A stretch of 64,000 nucleotides of DNA from Octopus sinensis (Eukaryota). A program made the position numbers and the translations under genes. Shown here in pieces: positions 13,046 through 28,140 of the stretch. The notes below the pieces were generated by a model. That model searched no databases. It saw only the letters and a list, made by a program, of their open reading frames with translations, and had not been told where the DNA came from. The stretch is taken from NCBI RefSeq assembly GCF_006345805.1, contig NC_043008.1, positions 70,990,001 to 71,054,000 on the forward strand, given 5' to 3'. Numbering within the stretch: position 1 is the stretch's first letter; the number at the start of each line of letters is the position of its first letter.

Positions 13046-13917
13046 TATATTTAAGCACATATATGTGTATATACACAGGCACATACACACACAAAAGCAC
13101 GTACACACACGAAAGCACGTACCCATACAAACCACGCACACACAAGTATGTATATATCTGTATGTATACAACATCATTTCAGTAATGTAAATACATACGT
13201 CAAATACATATCTGCATAGAACTATGATGGATAGTATCATTATCACTGTTTTTGATGTTGGAAATATAAATTCTATAATAATACACACACACTTCACTTC
13301 ACACACATGGAAACACACATCCACACATATGGAGATATACATCCATACATACAAACACAGTACATAGTCACAACCCCCCCCCAACACACACACACGGACA
13401 CAGACACACACACACACACACACACATGCACACACAAGGAGACAAAGTTACACACACATAAAACCACAGAAACACGAACACACAAACGCATAAATATGCA
13501 GAGTACATAAATACAAACGCACACACATACATACATAAATATATACGCACACACACATACATACATGCATACAGGTATGCATACACACACTTACATGCAT
13601 AGCTGTATACATACACGTGTATGCGCACACACACTGACCCACATACATGCGCAGAAACAAGTAAAAAGAACGCAGCTCGGATACCGGACAGAGTCAACGA
13701 CTACTGAAAAGGTTGCAAGACGCAACGAAAATTATAAGAAAAATAAATAGGTAAATGAGTGGAAACTTTACCGGTGTGTGTGTTAAGTAATAAGGCACTA
13801 AAAGAGGATGACTCTACCTAGACACAACAACATATGCTTCAACACATGAACTCCCATAAAGACTCTTGCAAACCAAATCCCAAAACAAAATAGCATGACA
13901 TCAATAATGATGATAAT

Positions 13918-14130
13918 ACTTTCTACTATAGGCACAAAGCCTGAAATTTGGGGCAGGTGATCAGTCGATTACATCGATCTCAGTACTCAAATGGTACTTA
14001 GTTTATCGACCCCGAAAGAATGAAGGACTAAGTCGACAGCTGCGGAGTTTGAATTCAGAACGCAAAGACGGACAAAATGTCGCTAAGGATTTTTCATGGA
14101 GGGACAACGACTCTGGCTGCTCAGCACCTT
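13918..14130 (-). mobile_element. SINE family B copy
   Basis: Reverse complement matches the 58738-58969 head and core (gtcgattacatcga..cagt..ggtactt..tttatcgaccccgaaag). Confidence 0.88.
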
Positions 14131-14249
14131 AGTCAATAATGATAATAGATCGCGAAAATGAAGTACCAGTCATGCAATTAACATACCCCTAATCCAATAT
14201 TGGTGGCCTTGAAATTAAATTTGAAAGATTTATTAAAACAACAGCAACA

Positions 14250-14316
14250 ACTACTACTACTACTACTACTACTACTACCAATACTACTGCTGTTGCTACT
14301 GCTTCTGCTGCTGCTG

Positions 14317-14412
<96 letters not shown>

Positions 14413-14452
14413 TACTACTACTACTACTGCCATTGTTATTATTATAACTACT
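14250..14452. repeat. (CTA)n/(CTG)n/(TTA)n compound trinucleotide array
   Basis: Direct reading. Confidence 0.96.
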
Positions 14453-14974
14453 GTTAGTATTACGCGTATAATGAGTATTAAGATTATTATTATGTTGTTT
14501 ACTTGTTCATAATGATGGCAATCTATTATAAAATATATATAATTTCCCATACTGGATAAAAATTTCTGTTGCTCTTCATTTTTTCTCGTTATTTTTACAC
14601 ACTCTCATTGACTTAGATTAACATGCCCGGCATTACACGCTTATAGATAAAAATGTACGCACATATGAATATATATATGTGTGTGTGTGTGTGTATGTGA
14701 GTGTGTGTGTGTGTATGTACGCATGTATATTTTTGAATGTAGAAGGACATGTATGTGTATACATATTGCTATTCACACACACATATTGAAAACGTGTGCG
14801 TGTTTACGTACCAGTATGTAGTGATCTGTTTATGTGTGTGGGCGTATATGTACGTGATTAACAAATTAAGGAAAAAACAACACAAATGAAAGCATGATAC
14901 TGGAAATCATGATGTTAATATGTAATCGATAAATATGCTTTCTTAAAAAATTGATGGCATATTTGACGAACATT

Positions 14975-15012
<38 letters not shown>

Positions 15013-15211
15013 CGTGCGTGTGTATGTGTGTGTGCGTATATGTGTGTGTAATGAGAATTGCAGCAAGAAGTCAGTGTACACCATATGCATTTATAAATAT
15101 ATATATTTATAATATACAACGATAGATAGATTGATAATAGGGATATAGTCCAAGACATGGATATACTAACATATACTTGCATATGTATGCACAAATATAC
15201 ACATTTATATA

Positions 15212-15262
<51 letters not shown>

Positions 15263-15300
15263 CTATATATAGTGATACGTATATATGTATATACTGGTAC

Positions 15301-15349
<49 letters not shown>

Positions 15350-15850
15350 AGCACATATGTGTGTATCTGTGTGTGTGTGTGTTTGTGGATGTATATATAT
15401 AATTGCTTTTGTTTTCCATTTACTGAAGCACGACAGCATGATAACGTTACTAAAAGTAACAATATGCATATATATTCTCATAAGAATTAAAATAGCAGAT
15501 AAAAAAATATAACAAGAAAAATCAAAATGACATGCAATTAAGAAAAACGCAAAAAAAAGAACAATAAGAAGAAAAAAATTATTTAAATTCGTTTAATTTC
15601 TTCACACATGTACTGAAACATTTCAAAACAAAACATGGAGAAGAGAAAGAAACAACGCCAGAAAAAAAAAGAGTAAAAGAATGAGTGAAAGAGAAAAGAA
15701 CGGAAAAAAATGCTAATTCCTATGTGTATGAAGATGAAAGAAGAATATAAAATAGAATACAAGAAAAACCGCCATTAAAATCAACAATATTTGCCAAATG
15801 AGGTTTCATGTGGAAGTCTTGTAATTGTCTCTTAAACTAATGCAGCTATA

Positions 15851-15854
15851 ATAA

Positions 15855-15893
<39 letters not shown>

Positions 15894-15895
15894 CA

Positions 15896-15938
<43 letters not shown>

Positions 15939-16094
15939 TTCTTCTTCTTATTATTATTTATTATTATTATTATTTTTATTATTATTATTATTATTATTAT
16001 TTTCTTATTATCATTATTATTATTTTTATTATTATTATTATTATTTTTATTATTATTAATATTGTTGATATCATCATTATTAATGTTGTTGTTG

Positions 16095-16152
<58 letters not shown>
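15851..16152. repeat. (ATT)n array
   Basis: Direct reading. Confidence 0.97.
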
Positions 16153-16153
<1 letters not shown>

Positions 16154-16621
16154 GCTGATGCTGTTATATTATATTTATAAAAGAAAAGCATGAAATATCG
16201 GAGAAAGATGGGTTTTTTTTGTTTCATTTGTTTCGTAATTTATTGTTCCTGTTTGAATTATGTGCACACAGAGAGATAGCGATAGATTGTGAGAGATTGA
16301 GAGAGAATAAAAGAGAGAAACCGAGAGCGGGAAACAGAGACAGAAAGAGAAACTAGAGAGAGGAAGAGAGTGAGAGAAAGAGCGGAAAAAGGGTAGATAC
16401 AGGGAGATGTAATGGCATATATGTAGTTTTGGTTTATAAATTTGTGCTTTAGATCTTGTGAGATAATATGATATCAATATTATCAACAAAGATGATTATA
16501 ATGACGGTGATGATGATAGCGTCGATGATAACGACAGCAACAGCAATAAGAAGAACCACAATAAAAACAAAAACCTTAATGATAATAATTCATTCTTTTA
16601 TTAGCCTCAAGGGCTTGAAAC

Positions 16622-16656
<35 letters not shown>

Positions 16657-16723
16657 TTAATAATAATAATAATAATAATAGTAATAATAATGACAATAAT
16701 AATAGTGATAATAATGATAATAA

Positions 16724-16838
16724 TCCTTTCTACTAAAGACACCAGGCCTGAAATTTATTACATCGACGCCATTGCTTAACTGGTACTTATTTTATCGACC
16801 TCGAATGAATGAAAGGCAAAGTCGACCTCGGCGGAATC
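16724..16838 (-). mobile_element. 5'-truncated SINE family B between (ATA)n 16622-16722 and (CTA)n 16845-17056
   Basis: ctggtacttattttatcgacc..gaatgaaaggcaaagtcgacctcggcggaat is the reverse complement of the B core. Confidence 0.9.
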
Positions 16839-16874
16839 GACCAACTACTACTACAACAATAACAACTACTACTA

Positions 16875-16909
<35 letters not shown>

Positions 16910-16916
16910 GTTGCTG

Positions 16917-16960
<44 letters not shown>

Positions 16961-16970
16961 GTTGCTACTA

Positions 16971-17042
<72 letters not shown>

Positions 17043-17578
17043 TTACTACTACTGCTTATAATTAGAATGAATATATGTATAAAAGTATATTAACTTGTCT
17101 CTAATATAGATTGCAGTGAATAATCTCAGATAAAAAATGTGATGTCAGTTAGCTCACTTTTTCTTGACTTCAGTTTCATATTAAATACATACCTACATAA
17201 TGTAACTACATATATGTATATGTACATGTGTGTGTGTGTGTTTGCGTGTGATGTGTGCGTATTTGTATGTATATATATGTACACACACACACTTACACAC
17301 ACAAATATATGCATATGACATACCTTCTAATCTAATATGCTTGTGTACCTGGAGAAATGCTCATATGCATAAAAATGCGCGTGTTCATACATATATATGA
17401 CACAAAGAATGTTTGAACTCGCATATGTCCACATACACACATTAGAATTGGGTTTCTTCTTGATATATACATTGATGTAATCATACATAAATACATACAT
17501 TTATGACTATATACATATTTACATACCAACACCAACACATATATGAATATGTGGAAAAGTATGCACGTAATCCTGAGA

Positions 17579-17611
<33 letters not shown>

Positions 17612-17620
<9 letters not shown>

Positions 17621-17744
17621 CTAATGTATGTATGTATGTATATATCTATCTATCTTTGTCTGTCTGGCTATGTATGTATATATATATATATATACATGTA
17701 TACATATATATGTATATGCATATATATCTGATATATCTGCTTGC

Positions 17745-17784
<40 letters not shown>

Positions 17785-17785
17785 G

Positions 17786-17823
<38 letters not shown>

Positions 17824-17947
17824 CTAATGTATGTATGTATGTATATATCTATCTATCTTTGTCTGTCTGGCTATGTATGTATATATATATATATATACAT
17901 GTATACATATATATGTATATGCATATATATCTGATATATCTGCTTGC

Positions 17948-17995
<48 letters not shown>
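17612..17995. repeat. Tandem duplication with about 203-bp period in low-complexity DNA
   Basis: catatctaatgtatg...ctttgtctgtctggctatg...ctgatatatctgcttgc occurs twice; ORFs at 17628 and 17831 begin identically. Confidence 0.9.
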
Positions 17996-18000
<5 letters not shown>

Positions 18001-18829
18001 ATATATGTATGCATATATATTAATTTATACATACATATACCAAAGCATATATTAGAGACACATATCTAAGTACAGTTTATGCTATTTCCATTTTCCTCCT
18101 CCCCCACCTCCTCCTCTTTCCTTTACTCTCTTTCCATCTCCCATTCTGCATCTCCTTTTCTCACCACCTCCTTCACGTAGCCATATTCTCGATGAAAATG
18201 TAAGAAAATTTACAAATCTAAAGAACTACGTCTGCTAAATATGTTTACATTATTGCTACAAAAACTGCGAAAATATATGTCAATAAAACGTTGGTAAGTT
18301 TTGCGATAAGATCTTTCCAAATTCTTACAGAAAATGCAATTGTTGCTTGTAAAATGAAAATGAAAAGCAAAGAGAAAGAAAGAAAAAAGATGAAACATGC
18401 AAAAAGGAAATGATATTAAAGAGAAGTAGAGAGTATTAAATGCTATAAAAAATCTAATTAAAAATACGTAAAGAGATTAGGATTAAAAATCTATAAAAGA
18501 ATATAGAAAATGTATGAAGCAAAGATGCGATTACATCAACAAATAGCAATATTAATAATAATAGCAATAACAACAATAACAATGACAATAACAACAACAA
18601 CATCAACAATAATAATAACAACTTATACGACGACGATGACGACAACGATGAGAATGAAGCCGACGACAATGATGGTGATGCTGATGGTGATAAATTATGA
18701 TGATATTGATGACAATGATGATGACGGCAACGAGGACGAAGATGATGGTGATAACTGCAAGTTTTCAAAATTTGCAAAACAGAATTGTTTTTCATCTATA
18801 AAAACCAGCGATAAGCATTCTGTGGGAAT

Positions 18830-19200
18830 AGAGATTCAAGCTAACTCAACCGATGTAACTAGGTTTGTACTTTCTTATACAAACCAAAAAAGAAAAGAAC
18901 GCAACAGCCCGGGTATTGAAGACATAGATAGGAGATGGAAGCATGTACTGTAATCGAAGTGGAAGGTCATTTTTGTTACAAGAATTACAGTGTGGGAAAT
19001 AGTATACGTAGAGTATTATACCATCTTGATATACGGAATCTCTAATTGTTGTAGCTAAGAAGTTACGATCACAACACTGCCTATTATTAGTGGGGCCCTG
19101 AGGAAATATTCCGAGTGGGGAAATCTTATCATAATCTGGAAGTAAATGTAATGCAGAAAACCTGTATAATAGCTTCGTCTGCAAATTCTTCGATTTAAGG
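18830..19200 (+). mobile_element. R4/Dong-clade LINE 3' remnant (restriction-like endonuclease region)
   Basis: Degenerate PGI..ID...CTVIEV, LPIISGAL and MQKTCII.S..ILR, matching RRPDI..IDVA..PIIIGALG..QK..LLG...ILR. Confidence 0.6.
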
Positions 19201-19399
19201 TAAGACAAGATATGAAGATCAGGAAAAAATTATATAGCAAGGATAAAATGCTCCTCGTCCTATACTACGGATTGTAGGATACTACGCTAGTTCTGTGAAA
19301 CACCAGGACATGATAATGATGATGATGATGGTGGTTGTGGTGGTGAGGATAATGTTGTATCTCTAATGGGCGATCAAACTCGTCAAGATCCGACGTCCT

Positions 19400-19850
19400 G
19401 AAGATTCAACCAATTCACAGTTATATCCAGACTTGTAATTGCCTTCCATTTGGTGTCATTCTTTTTCATTTTGTACTTTATTTTTTTTTACTGTACCTGA
19501 AAGTGTCTTGCTCCTCTCCAAATTCCAGCTCCTCAATATCACCGCAGTGCTTTGGTCAATCGAGTGCAAAAATCTTTACCACTCAGCTTCTGGTGACTTT
19601 ATATGCTTCTTCACTGGTGCTTGAGGTGTTCGAAATCAGCCTTGTTCTTCTCTTGGTGGTCTTTCACCTATTGTTGTTGGTGTAACTATTGCAATTTGCT
19701 TCACTCTTTTACCTATCCTTCTCTGAGCAATGGGTTTTAAATTTGAAACATGTTGGAAGTGTAATTTCCGCCGTAAGTTTCCCACCTGATTCATTGTATC
19801 TACCCTTTCTGCACATTTTGGTCATCAGGGGCCATAGATGTCCAACAGAA
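19400..19850 (-). mobile_element. Degraded RTE-like reverse transcriptase remnant
   Basis: Minus frame reads IGERPPREEQG*FR, resembling LDxxQPREQAGFR, with an APGPD-like motif upstream; several stops. Confidence 0.45.
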
Positions 19851-20334
19851 TGAACGCGAATAATGGTGTCAACGCATTGTTAATCATAGGTCGACAGTTA
19901 CAGAAAGGTGACGACACAACAAATTCCATCACGTGTCGGTTTTCTGTTCCTCTAACCTATTTAAGTAGGGCAGCAGTTTCACTTTACTCTTGTCTTCGAT
20001 CTCAGTTTCAATTATCAAACACCCATGCCTTTCCATAATGGACGGTGTATTTATATTTCCATACATCGAACATCGAACTATTATTTCACGTGTCTCTCAT
20101 TGTACAAGTGAATCAGGTTCAGATACAACAACTGTATCTGTTTTCTTTTATTTGTTTTTCATTTAAAATTTATTGCAAGCAAGTTTGTTCACTTTACTGA
20201 TACATCCACTGAATCGACCACACCTCTCTGACACACCTAAAAAGTCCATCTGCCAAAAGGTGTGCACATACTTCAGATCAGAAGTCGTGAACAGTCTTTA
20301 AACGGTTGAATAGGTGAATACGTCGTTATGGGGT

Positions 20335-20460
20335 AAGAACTTTACTTCCAAAAACACATGGTTCCGGGTTCAGTCCCACTAAGTGGTAGCTTCTGTAACT
20401 TCGGGCCTACCAAACCAAAGTGTATTTGGTAAAGGGAGACTGAAAGAAGGACGTCATGTA
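20335..20460 (+). mobile_element. SINE family A 5' half
   Basis: cacatggttccgggttcagtcccact ... gatttggta..gg..actgaaagaag as in full A copies. Confidence 0.8.
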
Positions 20461-20665
20461 CACATACACGCACACACACACGTGCACACACACATACATA
20501 CACACACACATACACACACATACGCACACATATATAAATAACCTCAACTTCTGATGAGCGCAAGCTTGCGGAATTGAAGATCGGAGTACTAACTGACACT
20601 CCATTGAATTAATAGTGCGAAATCAATAGATAAGATCAGGGCATGTATACTGTACACTTCAATTA

Positions 20666-20815
<150 letters not shown>

Positions 20816-21049
20816 GAGTGTATTTTTACCTTGTTAACAATTAACACGGAAAAAATAAATAAATAGTTACCAGGGCAGCAAAAATCTCACAAAGGTGTTG
20901 TAACTCCTTGTTTATAAAGGTAGAAACTTCGTGTTTACGTTGAATATTTTGAATAATATGAATAAAAAAATGGAGTTAACGCAGGTGTTATCAAATATCT
21001 TTACTTTCGACACATATATATATGTGTGTGTGTGTGTATATATATATCC

Positions 21050-21260
21050 GTGTGTGTCTGTGTTTGTCGTTCACTACCACCTGAAAACCGGTATTGAAAT
21101 GTTTACGTCCCCGTAACGTAGCGGTTCCGTAGAGGATGACGATAAAATAAGAAGCGAGCTTAAAAGCGAGGTTCGAGGGTTTACGCATTCGACCAAAAGT
21201 TCTTCAAGGCAGTGCCTCAGCATGGTTGCAGTGCGATGACTCAAACAAGTAAAATATAAA
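21050..21260 (+). mobile_element. SINE family A 3' half
   Basis: tgtttacgtccccgtaac.tagcggttc ... cagcatgg..gcagt..atgact.aaacaagtaaa. Confidence 0.8.
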
Positions 21261-21481
21261 TGATGTATTATATCACTATCAATGTATCTGTTCAAATGAT
21301 ACTATTTTTTCCTATATCGGTTCACTCAAGGAGAAAAAGAATTTTATCTTCCTTCTTTGATAAGAACTGCAAATCTGCAAAATATATGAAAGTTTGCAAA
21401 ATATATTTTCTATCGAGGTTTACTGAAACGAAACCGTACACAGCGGAACGGCAGTAGTAACAGTAGTAGTAGTAGTGTAGT

Positions 21482-21519
<38 letters not shown>

Positions 21520-21522
21520 ATG

Positions 21523-21566
<44 letters not shown>

Positions 21567-21619
21567 GGTATTAGTAGTAGTAGAAGTAGTAGTAGTAGTA
21601 CTCGGAGTGAGAGCTAATA

Positions 21620-21815
21620 GTAATGGTTTCAGATTTTGATATTAGGTCAGCAAACTTAGGAAAGGAGATAAGTCGATTATTCTGATCCCAGTGTTTAGCT
21701 GGATGAAAGGCAAAGTCAACCTCGGGGGAAATTGAACTCAGATGGTAAATGCTTATGAAATGTCACAAAGATTTTGCCCGGCGTGCTAAAGATTGTGCCA
21801 CCTCGCTACCTTAAA
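21620..21815 (-). mobile_element. SINE family B copy next to (GTA)n 21455-21600
   Basis: gatgaaaggcaaagtcaacctcgg..gaa.ttgaactcaga ... ttttgcccggcgtgctaa.gatt.tgcca.ctcgc. Confidence 0.85.
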
Positions 21816-22526
21816 GTAATGCTAATAATAATAGTAATGATAATTTTATAAAGTTCTATAATATGATTTAATCGGATTAAACGAGAAATGTACAAAGAAA
21901 AACTTCTATGTGGAGAACAGCGATATATGAATCACTCACCCGGAAAAGCACCAACTACGCTGCCATCATCACTGTCATGGCTGCCGTCGACGATTATTAA
22001 CATAACCACAACGATACTCAATAATCTGAAAACTAATGACAATATTGGCAACGAGAACATAAAAGCTAAACGCAAAATAAAAGAATAGACATATACACAT
22101 ATTTGAACACACACACACACCCCTAAGCTGAAACACTATGCACACACGCACATACACACATCCAAGCACACACACACACACACACACATACACACATACA
22201 AATAACAACAAAAATACAAGTAGACGCCTAAGTCAGAATGGCTGTGCAGTGAAAATAGATTAATGTTTAGTTAAAGCGACAAGTGAGTTGGTTGTCTGCG
22301 CAAGCAATCAGTGTGGTGACTGACTACCTCCTCTACTGTGTACACAAGTAAGCTAACGTGTGATGAGCAACTAATTTAATATGTAAATTAGTTATCTAAA
22401 CAACAATTTATCAAAGCACTATTATTAAATGCAATCTATCAATATGACGCGCTTGATGAAAATATGTATGTATGTGTGTACGCATGTATATATAATATTA
22501 TATTTACACACACACATATATATATA

Positions 22527-22574
<48 letters not shown>

Positions 22575-22739
22575 TATATATACGTACACACACAGACACA
22601 CACACATGTTCTCATGCATGTATGTATTCTTTTCTACATAGCGTATATATGTGTGTGTGTGTGTGCGTATATATGCAGACACATACACAAGCATACACAC
22701 GCACCTATATATATATGCACATAAATATATATGTATGTA

Positions 22740-22770
<31 letters not shown>

Positions 22771-23201
22771 CTTATCTATTTATATATATATATATACATA
22801 CATACAAACATACATACACACACGCACACGCACACACATATATAGATATATATGCATATATATAGTTATTCATACGTATACTTATACTCAACTCTGTGGG
22901 TACTATTATACACATATATATGTATCTATCTATATGTATATATGTATATCTATATGTACACACACACAGACACATATACACATATGTATATATGGTTTTC
23001 CTTAATCTGTTTTCTCTTAATCCGTACTTGTTACTTTGCTTTTCTCTCTCTCTCTCCTTTGCTTTTCCTCCTCATGTTCCTTTCTTTTAAAGAGCGTAGA
23101 CTCGAAACGTAAAATACTTTCTCACCATCCCGAGCGTCAAACTAATATAACTGCCTTTTGTTTATACACCTCTCTTCGTCTCTTATATTTCTGTAAATTT
23201 C

Positions 23202-23243
<42 letters not shown>

Positions 23244-23515
23244 CATACACGATTATTTCCACATCTGATTCGTGACGGACTTGTGCACCTGTACAGGCAA
23301 TGTCGATTTGATGGAGAAAGTTAATATACAGCACATACATTTGACCAATGTGAATAAATCGTTCAGTAAACACTGACACATACGTTGTCTTCGAAGAGAG
23401 AGTCCAGAATACATCCATACATATACATATTTACATATACATACACATGTATATGAACACACACACACACATACATGCATTAGATAATTATATATATGTA
23501 TGCATACATTATATA

Positions 23516-24337
23516 CAGGCTGCGATGGGTAAACTATCGCCATTATATATTTTCAATTTCGCGCATGCGCATTTCTGCTTGTGATTTTCTCAAATACACA
23601 GTATAGTAGGAGCAGCAGGGCAATGTTTGTGAGAAAAACAGTACCATGACGCAATTTGGAAGTTACATGAAGTACTGTTTGGCATTAACGCCGTAAGTTC
23701 CAATACGAACAATTCAGAGTGTTTGGGTGTCAATCTGAGGACGGCATCATGGTGTTTGCAGTGATTACTAGTGATGGCGACGTTATGCCTCTATTCATCT
23801 TCCCAACAATGAGGCCTCAGACTCAACAATGAGGCCAATATCAAGTACCTGGATGGGGGAGTGCTGCTTTGGGTCAAGAGAGTGGCTACTGGAAGACACT
23901 ATGTCTGGCAACAGGACTCTGCAACATTCCACACCCGCAGGAGAACCCAGTCATGACTGTCAGACAATTTCAGCGACCACATCATCCCTAAAAATGGCCA
24001 TCTAACTCCCCAGACTGCAAGACCCTTGATTATTATGTGTGAGGCGCAGTTGATCAAGAGACATACAAAACTCATTGTAACATCAAATATGAATTGAAAG
24101 CAAGAATGATGGCAGCATTCACCAACTTAACCAAAAAGACCGCCCAGAAGAGTTGCAGGAGATTCAAATGTTGTCTGGAGGCACTAATTGAAACCAATGG
24201 CGATTTTATTGAATAAATTTACTCTTTGGTATTTCAAGATATTTTTATGTTATTTTTGTAAATATATCTATTAAAATGAGATGCCTGTTATTTTCATTTT
24301 TGCGTAATTTAGACGAAAATTCATTCACCGCACGCTG
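23516..24337 (+). mobile_element. Internally deleted DD37D (maT) element with both TIRs and TA flanks
   Basis: Same family as 12233-13045. Left end TA-caggctgcgatgggtaaac, right end ttcattcaccgcacgctg-TA; WQQDSA and SPDC.PLDYYV motifs. Confidence 0.9.
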
Positions 24338-24369
<32 letters not shown>

Positions 24370-24511
24370 ATATTATATATATATATATACATACATACAT
24401 ATCTTTATATATGTATATATATACATATATATATGTGTATATATTTGTGTGTGTATATATATATGTATGTGTGTATGTGTGTGTATATATAGGTATATAT
24501 GTATAGATATA

Positions 24512-24551
<40 letters not shown>

Positions 24552-24585
24552 TACACACATATATGTACGTATGTGTGTGTGTGTG

Positions 24586-24945
24586 GCAGTCGCAATGGCC
24601 CAGTGGTAAGGGCAGAAGACTCGCGGACGTAGGATCGCAGTTTCGATTTCCTGACTGGGCGTTGTTTGTGGCTATTGAGTGAATGTGTCTCGAAGCCCCA
24701 CGAGGCTCCGGCGGGTGTGGTAGCAATCCCTGCTGTACTCTTTCACCACAACTTTCTCTCACTGATTTTTCCCGTTTCTGTTGCACCTGTTTTTCAAAGA
24801 GCTTGCCTTGTTACACTCTGTTTCACGCTGAATTTCTTCGAGGACTACGTTAAAGGTATACGTGTCTGTGCAGTGCTCATCCGCTTGCACGTTAATTTCA
24901 CGAGCAGGCTGTTCCGTTGAACGGAACTGACGGAGTATCACGATA
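24586..24945 (+). mobile_element. tRNA-derived SINE family C, near full length
   Basis: A box tggcccagtggtaagg and B box gtttcgatttcc, followed by a non-tRNA body ending cacgttaatttcacgagcaggctgttccgttg. Confidence 0.8.
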
Positions 24946-24954
24946 TATATATAT

Positions 24955-25047
<93 letters not shown>

Positions 25048-25574
25048 TAAGATCCGGTTACAGCCGGCAACCCTAGTGAAATGTAGAAAGAACTTTGAAC
25101 TATAAAAAGTACTCCTTCCAATTCATCGTACTTTGATAAGTAAAATATCCACAACTTTCCGTCACAATAAACCACTATTGTCCTTGAAAGTTGCTTTGTA
25201 TATACATACTACAAGCATATATACGCACGGTCCTGTTCGCAAGGGACAATTATGTGTTTATCCGTTAACAATTTATTATAACTACTGTGGTGTCTTTGCA
25301 TACAGTCGTACTATTTAATTGTGTTTTTGGTTACAGTCAGTTAACTTCGACTATTTGGAGACAAAGCTATTGACTGCTTCAGTTACTTATTTGCACATGG
25401 TACTGTGTTCGATCACCATAAAGTCGACTCTGCACTGAAAGAAATGTAAGTAGAAATACTGTTCTATTAGAACACATCAACAGTTACATATTTCTTATGT
25501 ATATATACATATATATATATATGACTGAACAAGCGAATGAAAAGGTATCAACACATTTCGTTGGAGTAACATAA

Positions 25575-25985
<411 letters not shown>

Positions 25986-27084
25986 ATATTTATGTGAGCG
26001 TGTATGCCTGAGTTCATTTGTATGTGTGTGCATGTGAATACGTGGTATTTGATGGGCTTCTGTATTCTAAAATAAACAAACACACACACATGCACACACA
26101 CATGCACACACACTCACACACATATACTCACACACACACGCTCATGCATATGTATTCATATATTCAACATACATATGTCCCTTCCTACATACACGCATAC
26201 ATTATCGTACTAGTTCCATAAATTTTGAACAAATATTTTTGCCACTTTTCCTCTTTTTACTATTCTTTTGTTCTAAATCCATTATTTGAAAGGCGTTTCT
26301 GATTAATATATTCTCTTTGATATGTAGAGGTTATACTCTACGGAATGGTCACTTTTCGCTATTGACACCTCTCACTTGAATCAACTCCACCGTGATATAG
26401 CACAGTTTGATGATAAAAATGGGATATACACACACACACACACACGTTTATGTATGCCTACACGCACACATACATACACACCCACCCACACACATATCAG
26501 ATGTATACGTGTGTATGTATGTGGTTTTCTGCATTTACATGACGTAGTCGAGTATTTCAGACGTTTACCTCACAGTCACGCGATTCTTGTTTCGATCTCA
26601 TTGTGCAACACGTGGCGCTGTCATAGCTTAACACCACCAAGTGGCTGAGTAGATTACAGGCCATTATAACCAGGTCTGGAGTCTTAGAATAACATGCTTC
26701 CTCCCATTGGGGAATCACTCTCTTAATTATCGCAGCTATGCTGATAAAACAAATTATACTTATAGAAAGGTCTGGAGACAAAATATTCAGAAATCTTTAT
26801 TTTTATTATTTAAATTCAAAAAAATGTTTTTATTTTGCATTATAGATCAGTGGAACGCAGCCAGCACAAGAAATAATCACTTGGTGTGTTTGTATGTTTC
26901 GTACCTTTTGCTGTTGCCGTTGTAATGGTCCATATGTTCGTGAATAGGCAAAATAAGTTTGGAAACTCTCGAATCGTCGAATCAGCGCAACGTTCAATTT
27001 ACATGAATGGAACGAAAAACGTCGTAACCTTGTAATATACTTGACTCAGCACACACATGATCTTGATGGTTATAATGTTGGTGA

Positions 27085-27390
27085 GATGATGAAGATAAGT
27101 GAAAAGATAGATAGATACAAGCCTCTTAAGTACGAAATAGTCTATGGTATGCAAAATGAAGAAGGTGAAGATAGTGCCGATTATTGTTGGGTCCTTGGGA
27201 ACAATATCAGAAGGCGTTAAGAGGAATATAAAGGAAATTGGAACAGAGTGCACAGTAGAACTGTTACAAAAGATTTGCCTCCCTGGCACGGCCAAAATAA
27301 TCAGGAGTGTATCAGATGGCTGAAAAGAACGAATAGCATGGTACCGTAGTGTGCAGGTAGCTCCAACAAAACTTGTGGTAAAGAGAAAAC
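27085..27390 (+). mobile_element. R4/Dong-clade LINE 3' end with UTR
   Basis: EKIDRYKPLKYEI....MKKVKIVPIIVGSLGTISEGVKRNIKEIGTECTVELLQKICLPGTAKIIRSV; ends in an ataacaataat tail. Confidence 0.85.
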
Positions 27391-27397
27391 GATAACA

Positions 27398-27830
27398 ATA
27401 ATCTTTTTTAGTATAGGCACAAAGATTGAAAATTGTAGAGAGTGGGTAGTCGATTATATTGATTCCACTACGCAGCTGGTAGTTATTTTATCGACCTCGA
27501 AAGGAGAAGAGCAAAGTTGACCTCGGCGGAAGTTGAACTCAAAACGTAAAGCTAGAAGAAAATCTGCCAAGTATTTAGTCCAGTAGGTTAGCAAATCTGC
27601 CAGCCCATTACCTTATAATAATAATAATAATGGTTTCAAATTTTGCCACAAGATCAGCCGTTTTGGGAGAGAGAACGAGTTGATTATATCGATCCCAGTG
27701 TTACATTAGTACTTGATTTATCGACCCCGAAATGATGAAAGGCAAAGTTGACCCCGGCGGAATTTGATCTCACAACATAAGGACGGACGAAATGTCGCAA
27801 AGCATTTTGCCCGGCATCCTAACGATTCAG
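27398..27830 (-). mobile_element. Two tandem SINE family B copies (about 27398-27617 and 27628-27830) separated by (ATA)n
   Basis: Both carry tttatcgacc..gaaa...aaag..gacc.cggcggaa.ttga.ctc. Confidence 0.88.
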
Positions 27831-27849
27831 CAGAATCCGAACAAATCGA

Positions 27850-28140
27850 TTTCAGTACTTCTACTTATTCTTTCGGCCTCCTTTTTGGGGAGCCGGTAAA
27901 TTACAGGGACGTGAACAAACGATAACCGTTAGTCAAGCGGCGGTAGTGTAGAAACACACATGCACATGCGGGCTACACACACACACGCACAATCGCATAT
28001 ACACACGAATGGTTTCTTTCAGTTCCCGTCTGCCAAATCAACTCACCTGGTATTGGCTGGGCCAAGGTGCCACGCAGTGAAGCAGAACTCGAAACCCTGT
28101 GACTACAAAGCAAGCTTGCAGCAACTCATTCATGCCTGCA
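27850..28140 (-). mobile_element. SINE family A copy, diverged
   Basis: ttctttcagtt.ccgtct.ccaaat..actcac and ccaaggtgccacgcagtg are reverse complements of A motifs; central CA tract. Confidence 0.8.

Noticed and set aside
20236-20264. Minus-strand FWQMDFLG resembling an LTR integrase motif
   Set aside because: No surrounding integrase motifs could be aligned; may be chance.
24586-24660. tRNA-like sequences with A and B boxes (also SINE A and B heads)
   Set aside because: No complete cloverleaf; they continue into SINE bodies, so they are not tRNA genes.
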